From an uncultured Opitutales bacterium (GTDB lineage: Bacteria > Verrucomicrobiota > Verrucomicrobiia > Opitutales > Intestinicryptomonadaceae): 32,000 nt of DNA. The notes under the pieces are model-generated. The model saw nothing but the letters and a program-made list of their open reading frames with translations. It was not told where the DNA came from and made no database searches. Shown piece after piece: positions 17,794-25,539 of the stretch (its first letter is position 1; every line of letters starts with the position of its first letter). The position numbers were made by a program, and so were the translations under genes. The stretch is taken from contig CAKUIA010000014.1 of assembly GCA_934660865.1 (NCBI GenBank), forward strand, positions 37,354-69,353, given 5' to 3'.

Positions 17794-18386
17794 TTGTTGT
17801 GCGATACGCTTTGAAATAGCCACCATATAAGGTTTATCGGAAAATATGTTTGCGAGGCCTGCAAGCCCAGTTTTCTTCTTACAACGGGAATGGATTTTAC
17901 AAGCTGGAACACCAAAAGCAGCGTAATTGCAGCCCTGATGTCCAGTATGCCCTTTGTGCGGCTAAGCATTGCCTGGTTAAGCGCAAAACCTATGGTAGAA
18001 AGCTCTTTGGCCAAAATGGATTTTCTCGCCCGCATTTCGCCTTCAAAGTTAAAGCAATACGTCAGCGCAGAAACCACTATTGTAGGCGACAAAACCGCGC
18101 TGTCGTATTCTATCAAAAATGTTCCCAACAAAACGTTTGCCGAAATTTTTTTAACGCCGCGCACGGGCGACATTGCCTTTACTATGTTGTCGGCCAAAAC
18201 GGGCACGCCCTTTGTGGACGGAATTTTCACCCTTATTCTGCCGGATATTGAATGGACAACCTCCAACACGCCCGCAAAAGAGGGCGGTTTTTGCGCCAGC
18301 ATAACGGGCAAAGCGTCGGTGTTGCTGCAACTTTTAAAAATTTCCATAATGTTTCTGATTATCGCCATAACTTTTTTTAGGGTCAA
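17790..18386 (-). CDS. HMA-like (cysteine-free) protein with a hydrophobic C-terminal segment; first gene of the ATPase operon
   Basis: 198 aa from the TTG at 18386, or from the ATG at 18368. The module is VVHSISGRIRVKIPSTKG...GVKKISANVLLGTFLIEYD. The C-terminal part has a hydrophobic stretch (AAITLLLVFQLVKSIPVV). Confidence 0.6.
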   Translation of the reverse strand: MTLKKVMAIIRNIMEIFKSCSNTDALPVMLAQKPPSFAGVLEVVHSISGRIRVKIPSTKGVPVLADNIVKAMSPVRGVKKISANVLLGTFLIEYDSAVLSPTIVVSALTYCFNFEGEMRARKSILAKELSTIGFALNQAMLSRTKGILDIRAAITLLLVFQLVKSIPVVRRKLGLQASQTYFPINLIWWLFQSVSHNK

Positions 18387-18418
18387 GAGTAGATATTGTT
18401 AAAAATTTTTTAATTGTT

Positions 18419-18446
18419 AGTTTATTCTAACTTTTTTTATTGTCAA
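18419..18446 (-). promoter_or_regulatory. Candidate sigma-70-type promoter of the HMA-like/ATPase operon
   Basis: On the minus strand: TTGACA (18446..18441), a 16-nt spacer, then TAAACT (18424..18419). It lies about 30 nt upstream of the first start codon. Confidence 0.35.
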
Positions 18447-18501
18447 GGGGCAAAGTTTGTTTTTCTTGCCAAAGTTTTTCGGCAAAAATATACAGTTTGG
18501 A

Positions 18502-20127
18502 ATGAAATTTATAGGAACTGTATTTCTTGTTATATGTATGGGGTTTGCAAACGCCTTTTGCGCGCAAAACGACATTTTTGCCGGGCAGCGCGACGGCTGG
18601 CTTAAAAAGGCCGAAAGCCTTACCCCAAAATTAAGCTATAAAATTGTGCGTCCAAAATTTGTTGTGCAAGCCCAAAAAGACCCTTCGGCATTTCAGGGCA
18701 TAAGATACGCAAAAAGCGGCCAAAAAGTGGAGGACATCTACAAAAGCGATTTCAGAAAAATCAAGACGATAACGCTCGATTTTGGCGACCACTACACGGG
18801 CTATTTTACTTTTAAAACAAAGCTTTTTAACGCACCGCTAGACGCCCCCGTAAGGATAAAATTCTTTTTCGGCGAATTGCCCGCCGAGCTTAACACTCCG
18901 CTAGAGCCGTGGAAATGCTCGCTTTCGCGAGCCTGGATTCAGGACGAAATTATCACACTAACCGAAATGGGCAAAGCCTATACAATCCCGCGCAGGGTTT
19001 CGTTTAGGTATTTAAAAATAGAGCTTTTGGGCTACTCAAAATACTTCGACTTTGCCATAGACGATATGTTTATTACCGCGCAAACTTCGGCAAACGACAA
19101 TCCTGAAAAGCTGCCTGCAAATGCTTCGAAGGAAATTGTAGACATCTACAACGTTGCGCTAAAAACGCTGGCCGAGTGCATGCAAACCGTCTACGAAGAC
19201 GGCCCGAAGCGCGACCAGCGTCTTTGGCTTGGCGATTTGTATCTAGAATCGCTTGCAAACGCAAAAACCTTTAAAAATTTTAACCTTACAAAAAGGTGTT
19301 TGTATTTGTTTGCTGGGCTTTCGGGCAAAAACGGTTTTGTGTATCCTAATTGTTTTGAAAAGCCTTTTTTGCACTCGCAAAAGTCTAACTGCATTTCCTA
19401 CAGCTTGCTGTTTAACAGCACGTTGCTTGAATATTTAAAAGACACAAAAGACTACGAAACTGCGCGTGAACTTTGGCCCGTCGCAAAGAGGCAAATAGAG
19501 TTAGCCCTTGATTATGTAGACAAAAACGCAATGCACGACGGCAAGAAAAATGGCTGGAGGTTTTTCGACTGGCGCGCGGGCTTCGACCCTACGGCGTGCA
19601 TGCAGGCGGCCACAATTTTTGCGCTGTCTCAAACAAGGCAGCTTGCGCAAATGCTCGGCAAAAGCTCCGAAAATTGGGAGGAAATTCAGGAGGATATGCA
19701 AGCCGCATCTCTCGAAAAACTTTTCGATAAAAACCGCAATGTTTTTGTGTGCCCAAGCGGGCAAGTTTCGGTGTTGACGCAGGCTTGGTTTGCGTTGGCA
19801 AATGTGGGAGGCAAAGAACTCCAAAAAACGGCAATTAAAAACGCGCTTTTAGACCCGAAATCGGTTAAGCTGGGCACGCCATATGCCACACACTATTTAA
19901 TAGAGGCAATGCTTGCCTGCGGTATGGAAGACGAAGCAAGAGAGTATCTTTTAAACTATTGGGGCTCGATGGTAAAAAAGGGTGCCGACACTTTTTGGGA
20001 GGCCTACGACCCGAATAACGACTATATTTCTCCCTACGGCTTTTACCCGTCTAACAGCGCATGCCACGCCTGGAGCTGCACGCCCGCGTATTTCATTCAA
20101 AAATACCCCGAAGTTTTTTTAAAATAG
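18502..20127 (+). CDS. Secreted six-hairpin glycosidase, GH78-like (putative alpha-L-rhamnosidase family)
   Basis: The ATG at 18502 gives signal peptide MKFIGTVFLVICMGFANAFCAQ; the track uses the TTG at 18457. DGPKRDQRLWLGDL resembles the GH78 DCPQRDERLGWTGD block. The C-terminal FWEAYDP...SACHAWSCTPAYF is typical of the (alpha/alpha)6 domain. Confidence 0.7.
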   Translation: MKFIGTVFLVICMGFANAFCAQNDIFAGQRDGWLKKAESLTPKLSYKIVRPKFVVQAQKDPSAFQGIRYAKSGQKVEDIYKSDFRKIKTITLDFGDHYTGYFTFKTKLFNAPLDAPVRIKFFFGELPAELNTPLEPWKCSLSRAWIQDEIITLTEMGKAYTIPRRVSFRYLKIELLGYSKYFDFAIDDMFITAQTSANDNPEKLPANASKEIVDIYNVALKTLAECMQTVYEDGPKRDQRLWLGDLYLESLANAKTFKNFNLTKRCLYLFAGLSGKNGFVYPNCFEKPFLHSQKSNCISYSLLFNSTLLEYLKDTKDYETARELWPVAKRQIELALDYVDKNAMHDGKKNGWRFFDWRAGFDPTACMQAATIFALSQTRQLAQMLGKSSENWEEIQEDMQAASLEKLFDKNRNVFVCPSGQVSVLTQAWFALANVGGKELQKTAIKNALLDPKSVKLGTPYATHYLIEAMLACGMEDEAREYLLNYWGSMVKKGADTFWEAYDPNNDYISPYGFYPSNSACHAWSCTPAYFIQKYPEVFLK

Positions 20128-20243
20128 CGCAAGTTTTTTTCGGGAATCTTAAGAGGCAATTTTTCCGGCAAACAGCAAAAGTTTTGCCGAAAAATGCTTG
20201 AAATTTTATTCGCAAAAATTTTTATTTCGCGGGAAAAACCATT

Positions 20244-20762
20244 ATGAAAATTTCTACCAAAACGGGAGACGCGGGCAAAACAAAGCTTATGTTCGGCAAA
20301 AGCGTTTTTAAAAACTCGCCGAGGGTATGCGCATACGGCGCGGTAGACGACCTGTCGGCAACGCTGGGTTTTGCGCGCTCTTTTGCCGGCAAAGAAACGG
20401 CCGAATTTATCCTAAAAATACAAAAATCGCTTGTGTTTTTAATGACCGAACTTGCAACCGCAAACGAAGATTTTGGCAAACTTAAAGAGCATAAAATCCG
20501 CCTATTGGACGAAAGCGATTTAAAGCTTTTTGAGGACAAAATTCAGGCGGCCGAAGATAACGGCAACCTGTTTAATTCTTGGACATATTCGGGCGAGAGC
20601 CATTTGCAGGCGGCTTTGGATATGGCGCGCACGCGCTGCAGATTTGCCGAAAGGGAAATTGTTGCCCTTGCAAATTCGGAGGGTTTGGCAAGGGATTTCC
20701 CTTTAAAATATATAAACAGGCTTTCGGATTTGCTTTGGATTTTGTCGCAGGAGGCAAAATAG
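20244..20762 (+). CDS. pduO: ATP:cob(I)alamin adenosyltransferase, PduO type
   Basis: 172 aa. The N-terminus KISTKTGDAGKTKLMFGKSVFKNSPRVCAYGAVDDLSATLGFAR matches the PduO-type signature (T.TGD.G.T.L..G..v.K...r..ayG..DEL). Confidence 0.85.
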   Translation: MKISTKTGDAGKTKLMFGKSVFKNSPRVCAYGAVDDLSATLGFARSFAGKETAEFILKIQKSLVFLMTELATANEDFGKLKEHKIRLLDESDLKLFEDKIQAAEDNGNLFNSWTYSGESHLQAALDMARTRCRFAEREIVALANSEGLARDFPLKYINRLSDLLWILSQEAK

Positions 20763-20802
20763 AACACTACAGCACATAACAGTTTGATATTTTTAAGATT
20801 CT

Positions 20803-20836
20803 AGCCCAAAGCGTTTTTTTGTTTTGGGCTTTTTTA
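20803..20836 (+). terminator. Intrinsic terminator after pduO
   Basis: AGCCCAAA (20803..20810) pairs with TTTGGGCT (20823..20830) and is followed by a T run. Confidence 0.65.
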
Positions 20837-20842
20837 TTCAAT

Positions 20843-20880
20843 TTTGTACGCTACAAATTGGTAGTTGCATACAAATTTGT
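20843..20880 (+). promoter_or_regulatory. Candidate upstream activator sites (palindromes) for the sigma-54 promoter
   Basis: TTTGTA-cgc-TACAAA lies at 20843..20857 and the perfect 10-bp palindrome ACAAATTTGT at 20871..20880. They sit about 85-115 bp upstream of the -24/-12 element. Confidence 0.3.
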
Positions 20881-20958
20881 CGTTTATTATAGGAGCAAAA
20901 AATAGGGGTTTATTTGTATCTTGTTGATGGTTAGCAAAAATATGCACCTACAAAAAAC

Positions 20959-20974
20959 TGGCACAGATAATGCT
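20959..20974 (+). promoter_or_regulatory. Candidate sigma-54 (-24/-12) promoter of the dctPQM-eutBC operon
   Basis: TGGCACagataaTGCT compared with the consensus TGGCACG-N4-TTGCW. GG is at 20960-20961 and GC at 20972-20973, which is the canonical spacing. It lies 40 nt upstream of the ATG at 21014. Confidence 0.55.
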
Positions 20975-21013
20975 AGCACAAAAAGCATAGTTTAAAAACA
21001 GGCTATAAAAACT

Positions 21014-22105
21014 ATGGATACAACAAATACAAAAAAGGAAACCGCACCTGCCGTTTCGGCAGGACGTATGAACAAGAGGGGCTTTTTTAAGACTCTCGGT
21101 ATTGGAACTGCCGCCATTATGGGGGCTCCCTATGTAATGGGTGCGGCCAAAAAGCCCATAAAGTGGCGCATGCAAACGTATGCAAGCACGTCGTTGGGCG
21201 CGCATGTAATTAAACCGGCCGTAGACGCATTCAACAAAATCGCCAACGGCGAAATGAAAATAGAGTTGTATTACGCCGACCAGTTAGTGCCCACTAGCGA
21301 GTTGTTTAGCGCACTGCAACAAGGCACTTTAGACTGCGTACAAAGCGACGACGATTCCATGGGTTCCCCCGCAGACGTTGCTCCCTTTAGCGCATATTTC
21401 CCGCTGGCTACACGCTATTCGCTAGATGTTCCCGCCTTGTTCAACGAATTCGGTTTGGGCAAGCTTTGGGCGGAATCGTATAAAGAGGTTAAAAATGTAA
21501 CCTGGCTAAGCTCGGGCTCGTGGGACCCTTGCAACTTTATTACAAAAGACCCCATTCGCTCGCTTGCCGACATTAAGGGCAAAAAGCTTTATACTTTCCC
21601 GACGGCAGGCCGCTTTTTAACGCGCTTTGGCATAGTTCCGGTTACAATTCCCGTAGAAGACATTGAAATGGCAATGCGCACGGGCGAGCTAGACGGCGTT
21701 GTATGGTGCGGCATAACGGAGGCATACACGGTAGGGTGGTCGAACGCGACAAACTACTTTTTAACAAACAATATTTCGGGCGCTTGGATTGGCTCGTTTT
21801 TGGCGAACACAAAGTCGTGGGCAAAGGTGCCGCCGCACCTGCAAGAATTGTTTAAAGTTTGCATGGACTATTCGCACTACTACCGCCAATACTGGTATTG
21901 GGGCGGCGAGGCCAACCTGCGCGTAAACGGCGGCAAGCTAAAGCTTACAACCATTCCCGCCGAAGAATGGAAGCTTGTGGAAAGCGAAGCCGTAAAGTTT
22001 TGGGACGAGCTAATAGCAAAAGGCACTCCGCGCCAAAAACAGGTTGTAAAAATATTGCGCGACTACAACGCAATGATGGAAAAGGCGGGTTCTCCGTACA
22101 GATAA
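21014..22105 (+). CDS. dctP: TRAP transporter solute-binding protein (DctP family, Tat-like signal)
   Basis: 363 aa. The Tat-like signal MNKRGFFKTLGIGTAAIMGAPYVMGAA has KR in place of RR. The overall pattern resembles the DctP subfamily with Tat signals (COG4663-like, from memory). The true start may be M19. Confidence 0.8.
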   Translation: MDTTNTKKETAPAVSAGRMNKRGFFKTLGIGTAAIMGAPYVMGAAKKPIKWRMQTYASTSLGAHVIKPAVDAFNKIANGEMKIELYYADQLVPTSELFSALQQGTLDCVQSDDDSMGSPADVAPFSAYFPLATRYSLDVPALFNEFGLGKLWAESYKEVKNVTWLSSGSWDPCNFITKDPIRSLADIKGKKLYTFPTAGRFLTRFGIVPVTIPVEDIEMAMRTGELDGVVWCGITEAYTVGWSNATNYFLTNNISGAWIGSFLANTKSWAKVPPHLQELFKVCMDYSHYYRQYWYWGGEANLRVNGGKLKLTTIPAEEWKLVESEAVKFWDELIAKGTPRQKQVVKILRDYNAMMEKAGSPYR

Positions 22106-22127
22106 AATCCGCTTTATAAGGGCTATG

Positions 22128-22171
22128 GCCCGCCGCCGTTTGCAGACAAAATTTGCGTTTCGGCGGCGGGC
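22128..22171 (+). other. GC-rich intercistronic hairpin between dctP and dctQ
   Basis: GCCCGCCGCCG (22128..22138) is the perfect complement of CGGCGGCGGGC (22161..22171), giving an 11-bp stem. A T6 run follows, but only 10 nt downstream. Confidence 0.6.
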
Positions 22172-22213
22172 ATGCCACGTGTTTTTTAACTAAATATATT
22201 GGCTGTTTTTTAT

Positions 22214-22810
22214 ATGATTATCAGAAGAACAAGATTCGACGATTTGGACGAATGGCTTGATTCTGTCGATTGGCACAAGGTTGGCGAAAAGATGGGAGCG
22301 CCCATTTTAAGGCTGATGCGCGTGTATATAAAATATGTCGGCAAATTAAGCGAATTTGTAGGAGCAGGGGCTATGTATCTGCTTTTGGCAATGATGGGCA
22401 TATTGCTGTATTCTATTGTTACAAACGCATTTCACCGCCCCGAAATTTGGGTTATGGAAATGGCGCAGTTTACAATGGCCGCCTACTATATTTTGGGCGG
22501 GGCAAGCAGCCTAAAACACGGCATACATGTTAGAATGGACTTTCTATACGAGCGCTGGAAGCCGCGAACCAAGGCTTTGGTAGACGTATTTACCGTGTTC
22601 TTTTTGCTGTTTTACCTGTACATAATGGTAAAGGGCGGCTACGACAGCTCGGCCTTTGCGCTGGAATTCGACCAACGCAACCACAGTGTTTGGAAGCCCC
22701 CAATGGCTCCCATTAAGATAATAATGACTTCGGGCATGGCGTTGATGTTTTTGCAAGCTACGGCCGAATTGTTGAAGGACTTTTGCTACGCAATAGGAAG
22801 GAAGTATTAA
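22214..22810 (+). CDS. dctQ: TRAP transporter small permease (DctQ)
   Basis: The ATG at 22214 is preferred; the track uses the TTG at 22199. It has four predicted hydrophobic helices and sits between dctP and dctM. Confidence 0.75.
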   Translation: MIIRRTRFDDLDEWLDSVDWHKVGEKMGAPILRLMRVYIKYVGKLSEFVGAGAMYLLLAMMGILLYSIVTNAFHRPEIWVMEMAQFTMAAYYILGGASSLKHGIHVRMDFLYERWKPRTKALVDVFTVFFLLFYLYIMVKGGYDSSAFALEFDQRNHSVWKPPMAPIKIIMTSGMALMFLQATAELLKDFCYAIGRKY

Positions 22811-22811
22811 A

Positions 22812-24137
22812 ATGTCTCCTGCAATGATAATTTTGTTGATGTTTTCGACGCTAATGCTGCTTATGCTTACAGGCCAAAGGGTGTTTGCGGCGATGGGCTT
22901 TGTGGGCGTGGCGGCCGCCCTGCTTTTGTGGGGCGACGGCAGCACGGCGTTGGGTTTTAACGCCGCCATAAAGCTGTTTAACTGGTACCCAATGCTAACT
23001 TTGCCATTGTTCGTATTTATGGGCTTTATGCTTTCGGAATCGGGCATTGCAAACGATATGTACCACATGTTCCATGTTTGGATGGGCTCGCTAAAAGGCG
23101 GCTTGGCCGTGGGCACATTGTTTGTAATGGTGCTAATTTCCTGCATGAACGGCCTTAGCGTTGCGGGCATGGCCATTGGCTGTAGTGTGGCGCTGCCCGA
23201 ACTGTTAAAGCGCAATTACGACAAGCGCATGATTAGCGGCCTTATACAAGCGGGCAGCTCGTTGGGCATTTTAATACCGCCAAGCATAGTTTTGGTTTTG
23301 TACGGTATGATAGCCCGCCAACCGGTAAGCCAACTTTGGCTTGCGGGCATAGGCCCGGGGCTGTTGATGACGGGCTTGTTTTTGGCGTATATTCTAATTA
23401 GGTGCCACTTTAACCCGAAAATGGGCCCGGTGCTTCCAAAAAGCGAGCGCAACTATACGTTAAAGGAAAAGCTAAAGGTTTTAAGCGCGGGCATAATTCC
23501 GCTTTTGCTGATATTTTCGGTTATAGGTTCGTTTTTCTTCGGGCTTACAAGCTTGGTGGAAAGCTCGGCATTCGGCGCGTTTGCCGCGTTTTTGGTGGCG
23601 CTGTTTCGCCGCAGGCTTTCGTGGAGGCTGTTTAGGAAAATATTGCGCGAAACTTTGGACAACTCGGCAATGTTTATGTGGGTTATGATGGCAGCCCTCG
23701 CTTTTGCCGCCGTGTTCGACGGCCTTGGCGCAGTTAGAGCCCTGGAGGGATTGTTCCTTAACGACTGGGGTTTGTCGCCGTGGCAAGTGCTGCTTTTAAT
23801 GCAATTATCGTTCGTAATATTGGGCATATTTTTGGACGATACCGCAATGCTTGTAATAGTTGCACCCTTGTACATACCTTTGGTTATAAAGCTTGGCTTT
23901 AACCCGATATGGTTCGGCATACTATATACAATCACCTGCCAAATTGCATATATAACCCCGCCTTTCGGCTACAATCTGTTCCTCATGCGCGCGATGTCGC
24001 CCAAGAGCATAACGATAAGGGATATATACGCCTCGATAATTCCCTTTGTAGGTCTTATGCTGCTGGCTTTGGTTCTTATAATGATATTCCCCGAAATAGC
24101 ATTGTGGATACCGTCGCTGTTCAACACCAAAATGTAG
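22812..24137 (+). CDS. dctM: TRAP transporter large permease (DctM)
   Basis: 441-aa polytopic protein starting 1 nt after the dctQ stop. It has the typical DctM composition and length. Confidence 0.9.
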   Translation: MSPAMIILLMFSTLMLLMLTGQRVFAAMGFVGVAAALLLWGDGSTALGFNAAIKLFNWYPMLTLPLFVFMGFMLSESGIANDMYHMFHVWMGSLKGGLAVGTLFVMVLISCMNGLSVAGMAIGCSVALPELLKRNYDKRMISGLIQAGSSLGILIPPSIVLVLYGMIARQPVSQLWLAGIGPGLLMTGLFLAYILIRCHFNPKMGPVLPKSERNYTLKEKLKVLSAGIIPLLLIFSVIGSFFFGLTSLVESSAFGAFAAFLVALFRRRLSWRLFRKILRETLDNSAMFMWVMMAALAFAAVFDGLGAVRALEGLFLNDWGLSPWQVLLLMQLSFVILGIFLDDTAMLVIVAPLYIPLVIKLGFNPIWFGILYTITCQIAYITPPFGYNLFLMRAMSPKSITIRDIYASIIPFVGLMLLALVLIMIFPEIALWIPSLFNTKM

Positions 24138-24144
24138 TTTAAAA

Positions 24145-25539
24145 ATGAAAAAGTCTTGGAGCATTTGCGTTGGAAACAAAACCCATAATTTCCACTCTTT
24201 AAAGGAGCTAATGGCAAAGGCGTCGCCCCTGCGCTCGGGCGACGTGCTTGCGAAAGTTGCCGCCGCCGACTACGAAGAAAGGGTTGCAGCCCAAATGTGT
24301 CTGGCCGACGTTCCGCTTGAAATGTTCCTTACAGAGCCGTTAATTCCATACGAAAAAGACGAAATTACGCGCCTTATTTTAGACCGCCACAACAAAGAGG
24401 CTTTCAAGCCTATTTCGTCGTTTACCGTGGGCGAGTTTAGAGACTGGCTGCTGCGCTACGAAACCGACGGCAAGGTTTTAGAGGAAATCACTTGGGGGCT
24501 AACCCCCGAAATGGTTGCGGCAGTCTCTAAAATTATGGGCAACCAAGACTTGATTTTAGTGGCTTCCAAACGCCAGGTTATAACAAAGTTTAGGGACACC
24601 ATAGGCCTAAAGGGCAGGTTTTCGTCTAGGCTGCAGCCGAACGACCCTTCCGACAACCTAAAGGCCATTGCGGCCTCCATGCTAGACGGCCTGCTGTACG
24701 GCAGCGGCGACGCCGTAATAGGCATAAACCCCGCAACCGACAGCGTGCCGGCAATGACGGAAATCTTAAAGCTTATAGACGAGCTTGTGCACCGCTACGA
24801 AATTCCCACGCAATCGTGTGTGCTTTCGCATGTAACAAACGCGATTGCCGTTATGGAAAACGGCGGGCCCGTAGATTTGGTTTTTCAATCCATTGCGGGC
24901 ACCGAAATTGCAAACAAAAATTTCGGCATAAATTTGGGGATTTTAAAAGAGGCGCACGAGGCCGCATTGTCGCTGCACAGGGGCACCATTGGCGACAACG
25001 TAATGTATTTCGAAACGGGGCAGGGCTCGGCGCTGTCGGCCGAGGGCAACTGGAATGTAGACATGCAAACTTGCGAGGCCCGAGCCTATGCCGTGGCACG
25101 CGAATTTAGACCCTTGCTTGTAAATACGGTTGTAGGGTTTATAGGCCCCGAATATTTGTATAACGGCAAGCAAATAATAAGGGCTGGTTTGGAAGACCAC
25201 TTTTGCGGCAAACTGCTTGGCCTGCCTATGGGTTGCGATATTTGCTACACAAACCACGCCGAGGCCGACCAGGACGATATGGATACATTGCTTACGCTTT
25301 TGGCTGCGGCGGGCTTAACCTATGCAATGGGCATTCCCGGCTGCGACGACGTTATGCTGGGGTATCAAACAACGTCTTTTCACGACATTTTATATGCGCG
25401 CCAGCTGCTCGGGCTAAGGCCTGCGCCCGAGTTCGAGGCGTGGCTCGAAAAAATGAAAATCTTTAACAACAACAAGGTGTTGGCGTTAAACAATAACAAC
25501 AAACTGCTTGCAGACTATGGATTTACCGGCAATAGATAA
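24145..25539 (+). CDS. eutB: Ethanolamine ammonia-lyase large subunit
   Basis: It aligns by eye along its length with E. coli EutB: KASPLRSGDVLAKVAA, RLQPNDPSDN, GSGDAVIGINP, YFETGQGSALSA, NTVVGFIGPEYLYNGKQIIRAGLEDHF and MGCDICYTNHA. The start lies 7 nt after the dctM stop. Confidence 0.95.
   Translation: MKKSWSICVGNKTHNFHSLKELMAKASPLRSGDVLAKVAAADYEERVAAQMCLADVPLEMFLTEPLIPYEKDEITRLILDRHNKEAFKPISSFTVGEFRDWLLRYETDGKVLEEITWGLTPEMVAAVSKIMGNQDLILVASKRQVITKFRDTIGLKGRFSSRLQPNDPSDNLKAIAASMLDGLLYGSGDAVIGINPATDSVPAMTEILKLIDELVHRYEIPTQSCVLSHVTNAIAVMENGGPVDLVFQSIAGTEIANKNFGINLGILKEAHEAALSLHRGTIGDNVMYFETGQGSALSAEGNWNVDMQTCEARAYAVAREFRPLLVNTVVGFIGPEYLYNGKQIIRAGLEDHFCGKLLGLPMGCDICYTNHAEADQDDMDTLLTLLAAAGLTYAMGIPGCDDVMLGYQTTSFHDILYARQLLGLRPAPEFEAWLEKMKIFNNNKVLALNNNNKLLADYGFTGNR

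Noticed and set aside
20166-20189. Hairpin CGGCAAA-10 nt loop-TTTGCCG after the GH78-like gene, considered as a possible terminator.
   Set aside because: The 7-bp stem is followed by an A run rather than a T run on the coding strand, and there is no U-tract on either strand. I did not call it a terminator.
20128-21013. Looked for an adenosylcobalamin riboswitch upstream of pduO or of the dctP-eut operon.
   Set aside because: The spacers are only 116 nt and 251 nt. The latter is largely taken up by a terminator, the palindromes and the sigma-54 element. I could not see a B12-box-like core. A covariance-model scan (Rfam Cobalamin) would settle this.
25450-25539. Asn-rich C-terminal tail of EutB (FNNNKVLALNNNNKLL) encoded by aac/aat repeats.
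   Set aside because: It is a short low-complexity extension overlapping the eutC start. There is no evidence of function or of repeat instability.
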